Shown here: in pieces, positions 24,551 through 38,841 of the stretch
Layout: every line of letters starts with the position of its first letter
How positions within the stretch are numbered: the stretch's first letter is position 1
Assembly (NCBI GenBank): GCA_043228905.1
Contig: JBHGNT010000002.1
Coordinates: 26,102,001-26,166,000, forward strand
DNA length: 64,000 bases
Source: Azolla caroliniana
Lineage: Eukaryota > Plantae > Polypodiophyta
Reading direction: 5' to 3'
Notes under the pieces: model-generated
What the model was told of the DNA's origin: nothing
Database searches by the model: none
The model's input: only the letters and a program-made list of their open reading frames with translations
Translations under genes and position numbers: made by a program

Positions 24551-26826
24551 GTGGATGGAATACAATCAAGGCCAGATGATCCTAAACTTGACATTCAAGT
24601 ATATAATAAAGAACATCATGAAGGATATAGTCATGAAATGGTTTTATATGATGAGAATGTTATTGTTCCGATCAGTGCATCAGAAACAATGGATGGACAA
24701 GAGATTGTAGGAGAATTACAAAATAAAAATCAGATAGTTGACATTGGGTTCTTGCCTTCTTTTGAAGGGAGGTGGACAAGATCCATGTCCAAGAATTTGT
24801 CAAAGGATCATAATCCTTTCATGAGGGATGCTAATGATTGGAGAACTTTCACGAAATCATTAGTTCAACATTTTCAAGGAAGTGATAGTAGGATTTCCTC
24901 TCAAAGAGTACATAAGCAGACTAATGCATTTAGTAAAGATCACATCTCTTTTAGAAGAATGATTAAGTCTCAAGACATGTCTCAAGAAGATAGGAATCGA
25001 TGTTTGAAAGAAAGAAGATTATTATCTAAATTTGTGTAAATATGAAGATTATTTCTTGGAATGTTCAAGGTCTTGGGGGATCTTTATGTAAACAATATAA
25101 AAGGAGATTTCGGCAAGAGCTACATAAATGTATAATTGGGCAAGTGGACATAGTGATGTTACAAGAACATCACCTAAATGAAAGGCGTACTAAAGTCTAT
25201 GGTTCATTATTGCCTGGAAAATGGGAAATGCTATTGCTACAAGTTGGGAAGATAGATTTGCTCGATGTGTTCTTAAAGCATGGAAAGATATTTCTCGTGA
25301 TTTAGTTAAGACATTGCCAAAAACAGAATCTGAATTCTGTAGGCAACCGCTGATTTGGAATTCATGGTTGACTGACCTAAGAGGACAAATGTTGGGAAAG
25401 CGTACTAAATGTGCATGGGCAGAACTAGATCGTGGGCCAGCACAGTCTATAGGTGCATGGATAACTTTTTTGTCTAAATCTATAGATCAACAAATGCTAT
25501 TAATTAGTAATATAAGGGGTGGGAAGATAATGTATTCTGCGATCCAGAATGCCCTTGTTAATGTTCAAATGCAAATTGGATATACTACACACAAGTGGAT
25601 GGGTTTATTTACTCCATTGGATGTTTTAATTGGAGTGAAAGCCTATATTGGGGAACAAGAATGCATGACTTTTGATGTACAGGATGATGGTAGGTTAATC
25701 TGTACATCTATGGAACATGATTTGTTTAGTTTTTGTTTACATAAAGAAGTGAGGGTGATTGCAAATGATGGATCAAATTGGGTATTAGACCCGGATCCTC
25801 AAAAGGTGAATTGTTTGTGGAGGATTTGGATTTTGGAAAGGAGATCAATATCTACACTAACTTGGGATCCTGGAGAACTGTATTGGAAGGTGAGGTTGCA
25901 AGATAACATCAAATATGTGCCGTTTTTTCAGTATTCTGTGAGGATTGGTAGGAAAGTTTTAGCTGCTAGATCATGGAAAGAACCAACTGCAAATATTGTT
26001 TGGAGACGAAATGAACTTTCTCCACAACATCTTAAACAATTTTGGAAATGGTTATGGGGTATAAAGATGAGTAGGAAAATTGTTGGTTTTCGATGGTTGT
26101 TGGTTCATAATGCTATACCAGTTAATGGGTGGCGAAAAGGAAATGTAGATAAGATGTGTCCTTTTTGTACAGGTGTAATAGAGACTGCTAAACATTGTTT
26201 GTGGAGTTGTGGTTTTGCTATGGATATATGGAAACAAATTATAAAATTTTTAATTCCTATATATCCTAGAGCAGTGTACACATGGGGTGCAGTATTATGG
26301 GCAGCGGTACATGATAAACCGATGGAATATGAACATGAGGAGGTTGCGGATGCTATTATGGTGAGGCATGGTATGATGGAAAAAATTTTGATCCCTCCGA
26401 ATCCACAAATACAAACTGATAAACCTCAAATATGGCAATTGGTAAGCAGTATTACAATTTGGTATATTTGGAAGGCTCGATGTTTGAAGGTATTTCAAAA
26501 TATGACTGAAAGACCTGCTCAAATAATCTCCGGAATTTGGATAGAGATTGTACATAATCTTAGAGGGATTTTGGATGGTATAAAAGGTAATACGCATCAA
26601 GCGGAGCTTAGGCGGGTGGAGTTTCATGCCATTTGGGACATAGGTATATTTTATAGACGGTATTTTGGTAAGGTGGAGTGGTTCTACTCAACACCAAAGT
26701 GTTTATTCAAGCCAATGGTTAGACTTTAGAAAAATATAGGGGATCGGTATAGCTTGTATGTTTAGCCTTATGGCGGTTTTCTAATACTAATGTAGTATCT
26801 TTTTTTGGAAAAAAAAAAAAGAAAAA
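24551..26826 (+). mobile_element. LINE (L1-like) retrotransposon copy, 5'-truncated and internally deleted (no RT domain)
   Basis: Putative ORF1 tail 24551-25039. ORF2 starts at 25042 with AP-endonuclease motifs MKIISWNVQGLGG and DIVMLQEHHL. The out-of-frame ORF 25221-26729 carries zf-RVT (FWKWLW..CPFC..ETAKHCLWSC) and IWYIWKARCLKVF. Poly(A) at 26809-26826. TSD not identified. Confidence 0.88.
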
Positions 26827-29800
26827 GAATTTGTTCTTAAATGAGTTAAATTTAAACTTAATGTTATGAGTGCTTCTAATGAGTATTGCTAGGTGGTGAT
26901 TTTGGATGGGGGGAAATTGTGATGCAATTGAACGCTTTGTTCTTAAAAGCTCAATTTTTCGTTTTTAAAATGGTTGTGGTGCTAAAGAGGGCAACGGTCT
27001 TTGTTTATCAATAAATGTTTGTTTGAAACCTTTTGACTAGTCACTAGATCAACATATCAAACATATGCTAAAAGCATGTCATGTAGGACCCTTCACATCT
27101 AACCGACAATGAAAACCTTCAAAGCTATCTACACATGTCCACCCTTTATGAGCACAATGTTTTTTCTTAGTGTTTTATTATTGATATTTAGTCATTAGAT
27201 CTTGATCCCTATATTTTGGGTTCAACACCAATATTATGATGATTGTTTTAATGGCATGGGCCAATAAAACATTGGACATGATAGTATACAGTCTTTTGAT
27301 CGATTCACTTCACCACCAAACACGTTAAATTGTCTAATGAAAGTGTTTTTTAATGCCACATCAATATATTCTATCCTTACATATTGCCCCCCTCCAAATG
27401 TGTCCATCTATGTTCATTTGTTGTGGATCAATCCACATTATGATTGCCCAAAATGACCCTGTCCTACCTCATCACTTACATTGACTATATCTTGATTTGT
27501 TTTTACAAGAAAAAGTAGTGATACAACTTTTGAGTGTCATGTCTATTTATTTTATGCCCCATCCTATACATGTGTTTGTTTGATTGGATAACACATCATA
27601 GTTCACCCCCTTCCTACCTCATTAATTTCTAGCCATAGCTTGGGCGGTATAAAGTGATCTCCTTTTAAAGGAAAGGGCACTTAAACAAATTTCAAAAGGT
27701 GCTCAATGTTTTAAAAAACTCTACAAGGTGTCTCATGTTCACAAGATAAAAAGTGATTCATATGGGAAAGGTTTTCCACCTATATTTTTTATGACATGTT
27801 GAGATGCTTAAATGGAAGAATGTAATTGGTTGCACGAGAAAGAAGTTGTTCCGTTGTGAGAAAAGATGTTCATACAAATTGGAAAAATGTGTAGAATGTT
27901 ACTATCAAAGGGCTGATTAGTTTTATACACAAGGGGGAGGGGGGAGAATCTAAAATTATACGACATGTGATATTGAAGCCAAAGTCACCCAAACACTAAT
28001 TATTGATTCGTACAAAGTGGAAAAGGTTGCAAAATCCCCTTGAAGACACATATACAAGCAATAAAACACTTTTTCGGACTTAATGTTTTGCCTGTAAATC
28101 AACAACAGCCCATCATGCTTTATCATCTCAAGTCTTGCTTGAGTGTGACAATGTTTTATATTTTCGTATTCATGATGGTTGACCACAAACATTAAAGACT
28201 AACGTCTAGCATAATTGTCTAGTTTCATGTCATGTCATCACATTGTGTGTTATTCATGCTAACCTTCATGAACAGGATACCTTAATGTATTGATGAATTG
28301 TGAATCGATGTATAGAATATAGAATGAAAGAGATATTGTTGTTGAATAGCTGGTAGCTTGCAAATTTGTTTGTCAGAAGGAAAATTAATCAAATGGCAAT
28401 ATTGCCATACTATTTGTGTCAAGGTTTCAAAATTTTGACCATGGGTAAAATTGATTAGTCTCTAGTAACATCTTCAATTTGATTGTTTTCGCAAAATTAA
28501 GATTATTTAACCTCATGAACTTAACTAGATTAGTTGTTAAGAAGATAATTATGCATTTTGTTTACAACTTGCTTCTTCCTTTCGATCTTGGATCTAGTCA
28601 TGTTTATTATGCATGTTTTGACATTATTGTGTGGCATTTCTAAGGGTGTTTTGTGCACTTGAGAAGTATTTCAAGATTTCTAAAATTTGTGCCTCATTTT
28701 CATACTTTACCTAACATTTGAATCAAATTGGCCAGACATTTTTTCTGTATGTCATGGCAGCTTAGGCTAAAATCATTCATGTGAATTCAATTCATTACAC
28801 AATTTGCTAGCATCGCCCATTGTTTCGCAAGCATACAAATGAACAAGGCTTTTCAAAAAAGCATACCACTTTTTCACATGAAGAAGAAAGAAGAAGAAGA
28901 AGAAGAAGAAGAAAGTCACACATATGAGCAAGGAAGGGCCAATGTGGCTAGGTACCACTCTTCACCTCATTCATTCGTTCAATCGAGCGATGAAATCTCA
29001 CAAGTAGAAGCGAAAAGAATGAAAACAAGATTCAAAGAAGGTTAGAGATAGATTGTGCTAAAGACTGAAATGGAGATGAAGACAAAGAATAAGGTATATG
29101 TCATTGAAAGGATAGATAGTTCTAGGTCCTAAACGGGGCACATTTCTTAAAACACAGTGATTCCTAGAACTGAAGTGATGGGACTTGACCGTGTATGTTG
29201 CTGGAAAGCTGCTCATTGTAAAAATCATTAACATCTTGATTTTGAGATCATAATACTAAGGCATCACACCTTCATTCACTACATATAGTCATTGATTGAT
29301 CGAATTGATCCACGAATATTCATTATATTTTCTTTTTCTTGTTGAGAATCATTACATACTCTTAAAAAGGGTTAATAATTACCATTTGGATGTAGAGTGT
29401 TTGGGCAAAAAGGTCACATTTCGTGGGATTAAAAGCCCAATCACTTTGTTAATCTATCTCTTTGTTACCATACATACAAGAAAAGAAAAGAAAAGGTTCC
29501 AACCATTTTCACCATACCAAGATCAATCAATCCTAACCCATCATCATCATCAATCATGATTTGGGATAGAAAATTCTAACCCATCATCGTCAATTATGTT
29601 TTGGAGCAAATAGATCAATCATGATCGAAACACATCCCCTGTAACTCATCAATCATGCTTTGAATTCGATCTTTTTAAACAATCAATTGTGACCAAAATA
29701 TATCATTTTTTGTTGTAGCTAGCTTGCAAATTTACCAGGAAACCTACAAGAAATAAAGACAAATAAAAAATGAAAAGATTAACTACATATTATGAACACT

Positions 29801-30000
29801 TTTTCTTATTCTTTATATAATGATCTTAATGATACAGCATTTCTTGAAGTGTTTCTAGCTTTACAATAAAAATTTTGATTTCTTTTTCTGATGAGAGCAT
29901 AACACAATTAAGTTACACTAACCTTAAAGTCCAAAGTGTGGTTCTAATGGAGTTGTCACAGATTGTAGTTCTTCATTTCTTCTCAATATATCTACAAAAT

Positions 30001-33000
30001 CTACGATCCCCTTGATGAGGATGAGGATGAAGATGAGGATGGGGATGGGGATGAAGATGTTAAGGATGATGGCAATGATGGCGATGATCTCCTACTATGT
30101 AGAACAGCTACAGAAGTAGCAAAAGCTTCCAATGGTGAGAGATACCCTTGGAAGCTGAGTAGAAAGAATCCTTCTTGAACACTAGTTAAGCTAAGCACCA
30201 ATTCTTGAACTTTTCCCTGTAAATATCATCACAAAAACAACAAACACACATTCTCTAAGATTTATGTCTATTAACAATGAAAAAATCAGATATGGTTATA
30301 TTATATATATATATATATGCATGTGGGTGTACAACAATCATATCTATGATCGATGAAGACCTGAGGGTGCATTGCTACCATAGTCACCAGTCGAAGAGGC
30401 ACGGTATAGATATTATAGTATCATAAATTTAGAATTCTTTACATCAAAGAATGAATCATGGCACACACACAGACACACAGACACCATATTAAAAAGTTTT
30501 GAACTCCTTGTTAAAGAGACATGGTATGTACTATAGCTTATCAACATTCAAGTTGAACTTCCTGTATGAAGAGGCATGGGGTGTGCCACAAAGTTAATGA
30601 AAATAGTCAAGCATATCAACAAAAATTTGAGTTTTTAGCATAAGAGACATGGTGCGCCACAAATTTAATGAATAGTCAAGCATATCAACTAGAAATTGAG
30701 CTTTTAGTATGAAGAGACATGATGGATGTTTTTTATGTATATACCTGAGAATAGATGTTGAGAGGTTGAAAATGATGTCTTTGATGGGGTGAAAACATAG
30801 AATTGTGTGGCTTCTCAGTGCTGAACACTTTCATTCCACATCCAAGATCCCATCCACCGCAATCACATTTCCCACCGTATCGCCACCTGTCGATCAATGA
30901 TGCTGGCCGACACACTCGACCATCTGGCAAACCATGATGTACTTGCTCCCTAGGAAGCATCACAGTTACACTCTCTCTATGGTCTATACCAAGCCTTGAC
31001 CTATGGTTTCCACAAGCATTTGGCCCAGAGTAGTCATGTCTATAGTCTATCTCATGTTTAGTTATATTGCTTTCTACACTTCTACCATGCCTTGACTTAC
31101 TGCCTATGCCTTGTCGGGTTACATTGCTTTCTATCCTGGCATCATTGAGATAGGGTTGATTTGCACGAGCATTCGGCCCAACATCGATGTTTCTGTAGTC
31201 TACCACATGTCTAGTTATGCTGGTTTCTACACTCGTACCATCAAATAAGGGCCGGTTTACACGAGCACTCGGCCGAGATTTGAATTTTTCTATTGGCATC
31301 TCTATCACGATAGCCGCTAGCTCTTGATGCAACGATGAAGGAAATGTGAGAGAAGCTTCTTCGAGATCAGTTAACTCTGAGTCACTTAGATGACTTGCAC
31401 ATGTAGCATGATCATGACCAGAGGGATTAGCTTGCATCTGGATATTCACATTAGTTGATACAAGTCTTAAGCTCTGGCTTCGCGTTGGTGCAGTGATGTT
31501 ACTTTGAGCTCTTGCTCTGATACCAAAAAGAACAAACTCTGATACCATCGAATGAGTGTTAGTTTTCGGCATTGACATCGAGCTTTCACATTGCATTGTT
31601 GTCGTGACTTGCATCTTTCCGGCGAGATCAGTCACGGCTTTGTTTTCTTTCTTCATCCAATTCCTCCATCCTTTACCAGTACACCTACCTGAATGGAATG
31701 TATACATACCTTTGCAAACTCTTTTGCTCAATGAAATATTCTCTTCGAAATCACAAGCCCGAGCAAGCAGAACCTCCTCGGAATCATTTCTAGAGAGAGT
31801 GTACAATGGAAGTCCATCTTTTTGATCCTTAACAATGCATCGCAAGTAGCACTGGATTGCTGGGGATTTGCTGCTGTTTGGACCACACATTGTTTTGTTG
31901 TAGTCTTTAAACCTTCTGGTTGTAGAGAAATACTCATCATGGTTCAATAATGTACTATTGCCTCCATGACTTGGCACTGAGCTCGAATGAACACTTCTTG
32001 ATCCTTGAAGGAATGATTTACACGCTAGATCCATATCACGCGATGGTGCACTCATAGTATTATTTGTGGTACTTTGACTAACTTGAGCCACATATCCTAC
32101 CGTATTGCTTTCGCAGGGTACATTCGCACACGTTCTTGAAACTTGGACTGGTTCTCGATCTTGGGAGTCTATTGCCGTGAGATGCTTAAGATCAGGCCAT
32201 CGGATTGCACCCAAATTAGCCTCTGCGCTGTTCAATTCATGTGGCCTTCTTTTTACCGGGCTCGAAAAGAGCCTCTGGACGAGTCTCGAGCTTTTCTCGG
32301 GCACTTTCACATCGCCTTGATTTGGCCGCATCTTGGGTGCTGATGCCGAGCCACGAGGTTTGATACTGAAAGCTGATTCAAGGTCCCGGAGGGCAGATTT
32401 TAGGCTAGTTTTTGGTGTCTTCATTCTTGATTCGTAGTTATTCGTACTAATGATCTTTGGAGAGTAATACATTAGAGGATTAAGTAGATGAGGACTAGTA
32501 GTTGATGTCCAGTCCATTCTAATACACTCTTGTGGAACAGGGGTAAATTCATCAACTTTTTCTACATAACCACCGAAGGATAAAGGAGACACATTAGAAT
32601 TTGAGGCACCCTTTGCCTTTGTGAACACTCTCTTGCTTATCAGTCCCACATCATTATATGCATGAGGAATGGCCTTGACTTGCACATCAGGAGAAGATTG
32701 CCTAACTTTATCTCTATCTCTATTTCTCTCTTTGTCTTTGTCTTTGTCTTTGTCTTTTAAATCTCGATCATACATATTTGATTTCACCGTCCGGGCAAGT
32801 GGATACATCTCTGCAAAACCTCGTATTATATGGCTAGAAGGATGTGGGGTTTTCTGCACCGAGAAGTTCCGTTCCCGGGATGTATGAATTGCTTCTTTAT
32901 GCATAGTCTCCCAGAAGAGTGGACCTTCGAAAACAGTATAGTTAGTACTCTTGCTTGGTGGGGTCAAATGCCATGAAAGAGTTTTAGGAGAGTTTGAGTT

Positions 33001-33204
33001 CCTCCTCATTAAATTATTACCCACATTTCTCAAGCTCATACATTGTGATGACCCATGTTGATGATGATTTTGTACTATACTAGTCTCTGGCACCACACCA
33101 ATATCAGCTACAAAAGGACGCGATTTACATGAAACACAAGCATCTTTCTCATGATCACGATGTTCATTTGATCTCATCATTCTCATCATCATCACATGAT
33201 CATT

Positions 33205-33237
<33 letters not shown>

Positions 33238-33675
33238 CTTGTTGTTATTATTGCAAGTTTCTTGCGATACCATTTGGCATTGCTTGAACGAATTAGCGAC
33301 AACAACATTGTATTGCTCCAAGGTATTCCGACTACTTTTACTTGTATCATATTGATTGATCAATTCTCTTATGCTATGGATGTGTGATTCTTCTAATTCT
33401 CCTTCTCCATGTTGTTGTTGTTGCTCATTAATGTATTTGTTGAGACCGGACGATGCTTTAACTGCACCATTTGTGACACTCGATTCCAGCTCAAGAAGAT
33501 ACCCGATGTTATGTCGTTGCTCCTGTTGCTGTGCGCTGATTGAATCGAAAGAATTAGTAGACTTTGATATAGCTAAATGATTCACAAATTCCTTTGTTAA
33601 TTCTTCTTCCACCTCTTGTTTCTTCAACTTGAATAGCTCGTTACTATGTACAATTCTTTTCTCAACCTCTTCCAT
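30001..33675 (-). CDS. DUF3527 domain-containing protein, ~1048 aa, 2 coding exons
   Basis: Exons 33675-30745 and 30216-30001 (CAG|GTATAT ... ACAG|GGA, phase 0). DUF3527 motifs: LPLYTLS, YTFHS, GKMQV, EFVLFG, ELAAIV, V-LP---HGLP, SLIDRWRYGGKCDCGGWDLGC, LSPLEAFATSVAVLH. Long low-complexity N-terminus (poly-H, DK repeats). Confidence 0.9.
30513..30722. repeat. Intronic minisatellite, ~70-bp units
   Basis: agagacatgg...gccacaaa-ttaatga-atagtcaagcatatcaac recurs about 3 times. Confidence 0.7.
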
Positions 33676-33832
33676 CAAGCTTATTTTCTCTTCACAGAAA
33701 ATCTCTTGAGACTCTCTCTAGATCTACTTCTACTTGTGCTTCTAGCCAGGTAGAGGAAATCCAAGCTTAATAATTACAGAAAGCTTGAGTTAAATTGATT
33801 ATTGCTATATGCAGCTTTCTTTAGATCTCATT

Positions 33833-34148
33833 AGAACAGAGCATTATGTATGTAGAGTATAAACCTCTTCTTCTTCGTCGAATCCTCAAAGAAATGCAGC
33901 ATTCTTTATAGGTATAGCCTCTCAATGCATATCTTCGTTTTTCTTCTTCACAGAAACAGAGCATTATATGCATTTATAACCTCTCCATGCATTTCTTCTT
34001 CTTCTTCTTCTTCTTAACAGAAACAGAGCATTATATGTGTTTATAATACCCTCTGTGCATTTCTTCTTCATCACAAAAACAGAGCATCATATGCATTTAT
34101 AAGCTCTTTATGCATTTCCCCTTCTTCTTCTTCTTCTTCGTCTTCTTC
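33833..34148. repeat. Minisatellite (~60-70 bp units with CTT tracts) just upstream of the DUF3527 start
   Basis: aacagagcat(t/c)at motif at ~33835, 33955, 34022 and 34078, each followed by cttcttc tracts. Confidence 0.75.
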
Positions 34149-34735
34149 CACTGCTAGTTCAGGGCAATTGATTTCCTGACCTCAAATTTGAGTTAAAACA
34201 CATACAATATATACATATATCTATGTGTATATATTGTTTGCATGATGAAGACAAGCATTAAAAGGTGGCCATTACTGTAAGTTAATGGATTATCATCTTC
34301 TAAGCTACTTTCCTTTTTTTACAAACTTTCTTCTGCTTCTTCTCTGTTTTCAAGTGAAAACAAGGGAGGAGGAAGAAGGGAAGGGGGGGGGAGAAGGTGT
34401 TTAATTAAAATTAATAAAAATCAGCAAATTTTGGGATCACGTAAATGAGAGATATTTGGAGATAATTAATGAGAAACGGAATTTAATAATATAACAGGAA
34501 ATAGGAATTGAGCAAGCAAAGGGGGAAAAGAAATCATTCAAAGAAGGGTAGATATGATACAGTAAGAAGAAGAAGAAGAAGAAGAAGAGAGAGGATGTGA
34601 TGGAAAAGAGTTTGGATGGATTGCTATTGTTAACTGTGTAGTAGTTGTTGTTAGTTAATTCATGATGGATGGGGGATGGAGGTGCAAACAAAGTGAGGTT
34701 ATAAATGACTTGCGATTAAATGCCTATGAAATGAA

Positions 34736-34781
34736 TGAGAGAGAAAGACAGACAGAAACAGAGAGAGAGAGAGAGAGAGAG

Positions 34782-34816
<35 letters not shown>

Positions 34817-35320
34817 CCCCACTTTGGTTTTTTACTACAAACAATTACTGCTGCTACGACTACAGTAATAAGTGCGTGTTGTGTGTGTGTGTGTGTAGGG
34901 AAGAGGGAGACAGAGACAGATTGTGTGTGTGTGTGTGTGTAGGGAAGAGAGAGACAGAGACAGATTGTGTATGTGTGTGCATACACACTGTAGAGAGTAG
35001 AGGGAGAGAGAGGTGTTGTAGAGTACACATGAGCACAAAGAGAGAGAGAGAGAGAGAGAGAGAATGTGTGTGTGTGTGTGTGTATAGATGGAGAGGAAGA
35101 GTATATACATACATACATACATGAGTGTGTGTAGATAGAGAGGAAGAGTATATACATATGTAGATAGAAAGGGAGAGTATATACATACATTGAGTGAGTA
35201 GATAGAGGAAGAGTATATACATATATATGTACATATATGTGTGTGTGTGTGTGTGTAGATAGAGAGAGAGAGAGTATACATAGTGTGTGTGTGTGTGTGC
35301 GCGCGCACGCGCGTGCATAT
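34736..35320. repeat. Compound microsatellite island (GA)n/(GT)n/(TA)n/(GC)n
   Basis: Alternating dinucleotide tracts with the higher-order unit gtagatagaga-gaagagtatatacat. Confidence 0.9.
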
Positions 35321-35547
35321 ACTCTCCCTCACCCCCACCCCCCTGGGGTGCCAGGTAGGTCGCCAATGGCTTGGACTTCTTCGAGCATATATGATGTCTA
35401 GCATTCAATCAAGAAAAACAAATGAAGATCAACACTAAGATATATACATTCATTCATGTATAGAGAGAGAAAGAAAGATATATTAACGTCTTCTAAGGCC
35501 AAATTTGGCCCAGAGAGATCAAATGAGACCATCTACGAAGACCCTTA

Positions 35548-35588
<41 letters not shown>

Positions 35589-36338
35589 ATACTATATAGA
35601 TCAATATGAAGAGGGTGAATATGTATATATTTATGCTACCCCCAAAGAAGAAAGAGTATGTATATACATAAATATATACACATATGTAGGTGCGTAGAGA
35701 AACCACTTGTATTCTTGTCTTTAAACAAGTCCATGTAGCCTATGACCACCATAAATGAATATGTATATACTCATCTCAATGCTTGATCATCATGTTCAAG
35801 AAATGAAAACCGAACAAACCCTACATAAAGATTGAAAGTGAGGGGGTATCATTGGCGATGTTGACCCATCCCAAAGCCCCACACAATGCGTCATCTCGAT
35901 TTTGTACTATTATGCTCGAGGACTCTTGACTGAAGTCATTGACGCTTCCCAATGATTGGTCTTACCAATGTTAGTGGATAGGACATCTCCCATTCTTCTC
36001 TCAAGTGGTCCACGGGAGTCCCCAAACCCTAAGTTCTTCACCTATAACACTCCAAGGTATTCGTTCTCTTTTACGTGTGCTCATCTGACAACCTCTCTAT
36101 ATGGGGTTGTAAAGGAGTTGTGGGGCATGTAAATTGTGTAGGCAAAGCAAAGGCGAAGACAAGTTACACACAATGGATCCGTCATTCTTTCAATAGGTGT
36201 ACAAGTGTCCTATCTTCTGGTACGACCAAACTGTTGTGCCTCTGAGCTTCTATGAGATTTGATATTGTGATCTCATTCATTAAATATGGGAGAGAGACAC
36301 AAAGAGAGAAAGAAAGAAATATTAAGGTCTTCTAAGAC

Positions 36339-36374
<36 letters not shown>

Positions 36375-38482
36375 GGATTGATTTGATCTTATCATCCCAT
36401 CCATTAATGGTAAAGAGAGTTTTTTGCAAACATATCACAATTACCAAACTACTCTCAATGCTCACTCAACAGTGATGTGTGTGTGTGTGTGTGTGTGTGT
36501 ATCAATGCAATACATAAACACTACAAAACAAAGACATTGTAGTTAATAAAAGAACAATCTTGGTGAAGTAAAAAGTGTGTAATTGTAAATTTGTATACAA
36601 ATTGATACACATAAGACATGTATAAAATCATTGTACATTAATTAGTATGTTTTTGTCCATCTTTTTACTATACATTGGGAAGGAGCACCCTAGGTACATA
36701 CAACATGTGCTCTCTCTCTCTCTCTCTTTCTCTCTAGACCATGGATAGGTCATAGGTCTTTGTCTCAAATCCCATTGGACTCCCTTCTCCATTCATTGAA
36801 TATTTGACACTGTCTCTTCTTTCTCCCCCTTTAGGTTAATGTAACTAGAAACTTCTTCAACAACTTAAAACCCCAAAAAAGCAAAACCAGCCCCCATCTC
36901 AACCCCATAGAAAAAGAAGAAGGGCATAACGTTATAAAAGTCATGGGCCATACCCCATGAAATTCCTTCTCCTTTCGTAAGACATTGCCTAGCCATCACC
37001 ATGTAAGGACCTATACTCTACAAAGGGGAAAAAAAGAAACTCCGAAACTCACCCTCCTTCCCCCACATAAAAAAGCTTGTAAGCTTTTGGTCATTTCCCC
37101 AGATGCCCTTGGTCAACTTTGCCTCGAACAATTATATGGTCAATTCTTCTCTTTTCTCTCGGTTATATTTGCTACATGAGTAATTATGTGGTTGATTGCC
37201 CCCCCCCCCCCCCCCCTCAAAGCCTTTCGTATCTTTCGAGGTTTAGAGTTTAAGGAAGAATGAAACATTGGGTGGAGTTGGGAAAATAATGAAAAACACA
37301 TGGGTATTTCTAAGTATTTACATCATTTTTATTTTAGTATGACAGTGACTTAAAAAAGATGATATGTTTTCTTATTCATTCAACAATAGGGCACCAATGT
37401 GTTTGATTTCAACTTATTGCATATGAACATCCTGCGAAACTTTCAAATAAACATCCCAAAATTTGGATCACCTTTACCATATTAGTTGTAGTATTGATGA
37501 CAATCATCTATAATCAGGTTCTTGCGTCAAGGTATATAGATCATAGGGTATTGGACAATTACTTTGTTCACACGGACACGCTACAACAATTTCATGTGGG
37601 AAACATGTTATGGGCAACCTAATTTTGAGACTTTAACTTGAGGGAGTTCCAAGGTTACACTAAGAACCATTGCTTGAGTTCCTATAGATCCAAGTTTTGA
37701 ACATGTATATGGCAACTATATGACAAGGCATAAAAATATAGACCACATAATGATGTGAAGGACTCAAGACACCCCAATAAAGAGAAATACGATGATGCCA
37801 AATATCATGTAGAATTGCAATGATGGCACATGGTCAAACGTACAACACATTTGCATCAATAGAACTTCATGATATAATGGTGAACATGTTGTTGGTTAAT
37901 TGGATTTACTTCAGACATGGGGGAAAATACTTAAACTTCTTGCATTACACCAACAAAGCAAAACATGTGGAGTGAAATTATCTAAAACGTTGTGTGTTTG
38001 CAAAATTGAGAACCGTTATCTCACCATAACTTTCAAGTATAGCTGCATATTTCAAGTTCATTTTTATTGTTCTTTGTTGTGCTCTTTGGGGATTTCATTG
38101 ACAGTAATAGGCCCTACATGTTGTAGTCATCAACGACGATTTTTTGATTAAAGTCATTGGAGTACTCATATTGTGTTCTTCTTCATCTTGCTGGTCTGGA
38201 GAATGTTATGGCTTGGTTGTACTTTCTTTACTAGTCCAGTACTTTACGAGGAATTTTATCGTTATCTTTACCTATAAAGCTTGGGTATGGTCGTTCAACA
38301 ATGTGTCATAACATTGCTTGTAACATTGGACTACTTTGTATATTGCCTCTGACCACTTTGCTTTTAATACCAATGGAGGATTATTTCTCTTAAAAAAAGG
38401 TATAACATATTTCATTATTGGATACAAATGTTATTGAAGCATGTTTGAATAAGTGCACTAGCCCCCTAACATCCACAAGATG

Positions 38483-38841
38483 GTTCACGCTTATCAACTG
38501 CCTACGAGGGCAATCAGACGAGGTTTGCAGCCACTCCAACGACGTGGTCACTGCCCGTTTGCACTTTTCGCAAAAATGGCGGAACACGCCCATGGTGACG
38601 CAAGGAGGAAGTGACCCGAGGTGGAACTACTAGCCCCCTGTGGTCACTGCCCATTTGCACTTTTAGCTATAGGTATCTACTTACATTAAGTAGTCAGTTC
38701 AAAAGGCTATGTACGTAGTCTCATTTTCTTGAACTTGGTTGGAGGGTGATTCCCTGATTTCTTTATAAGCCTCCTTGTATAGTCTCTTTGTAATAATCCG
38801 TCCTAACTAATGGGAAAGTAGCTTCATTTTGGGAAAAAAAA
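38483..38841 (+). mobile_element. Short 5'-truncated LINE insertion with poly(A) and perfect 15-bp TSD
   Basis: aacatccacaagatg at 38468-38482 and 38842-38856; A-run from 38834. The encoded WFTLINCLRGQSDE...RLHFSQKW...WNY resembles the ORF2 tail of the 24.5-kb LINE (WIEIVHNLRG...RVEFHAIW...WFY). Confidence 0.88.

Noticed and set aside
28030-28195. Possible additional PPR relic on the minus strand (LWSTIM / KHDGL echoes)
   Set aside because: The motif pieces are in different frames and too short to distinguish from chance.
34699-35408. 129-189 aa ORFs rich in HT/SL/CV/ER repeats
   Set aside because: These are translations of dinucleotide microsatellites.
37400-37800. Possible gypsy remnants (also ~41580, ~45700-45900, ~51600-51900)
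   Set aside because: Only isolated weak motif echoes; not supportable without a profile search.
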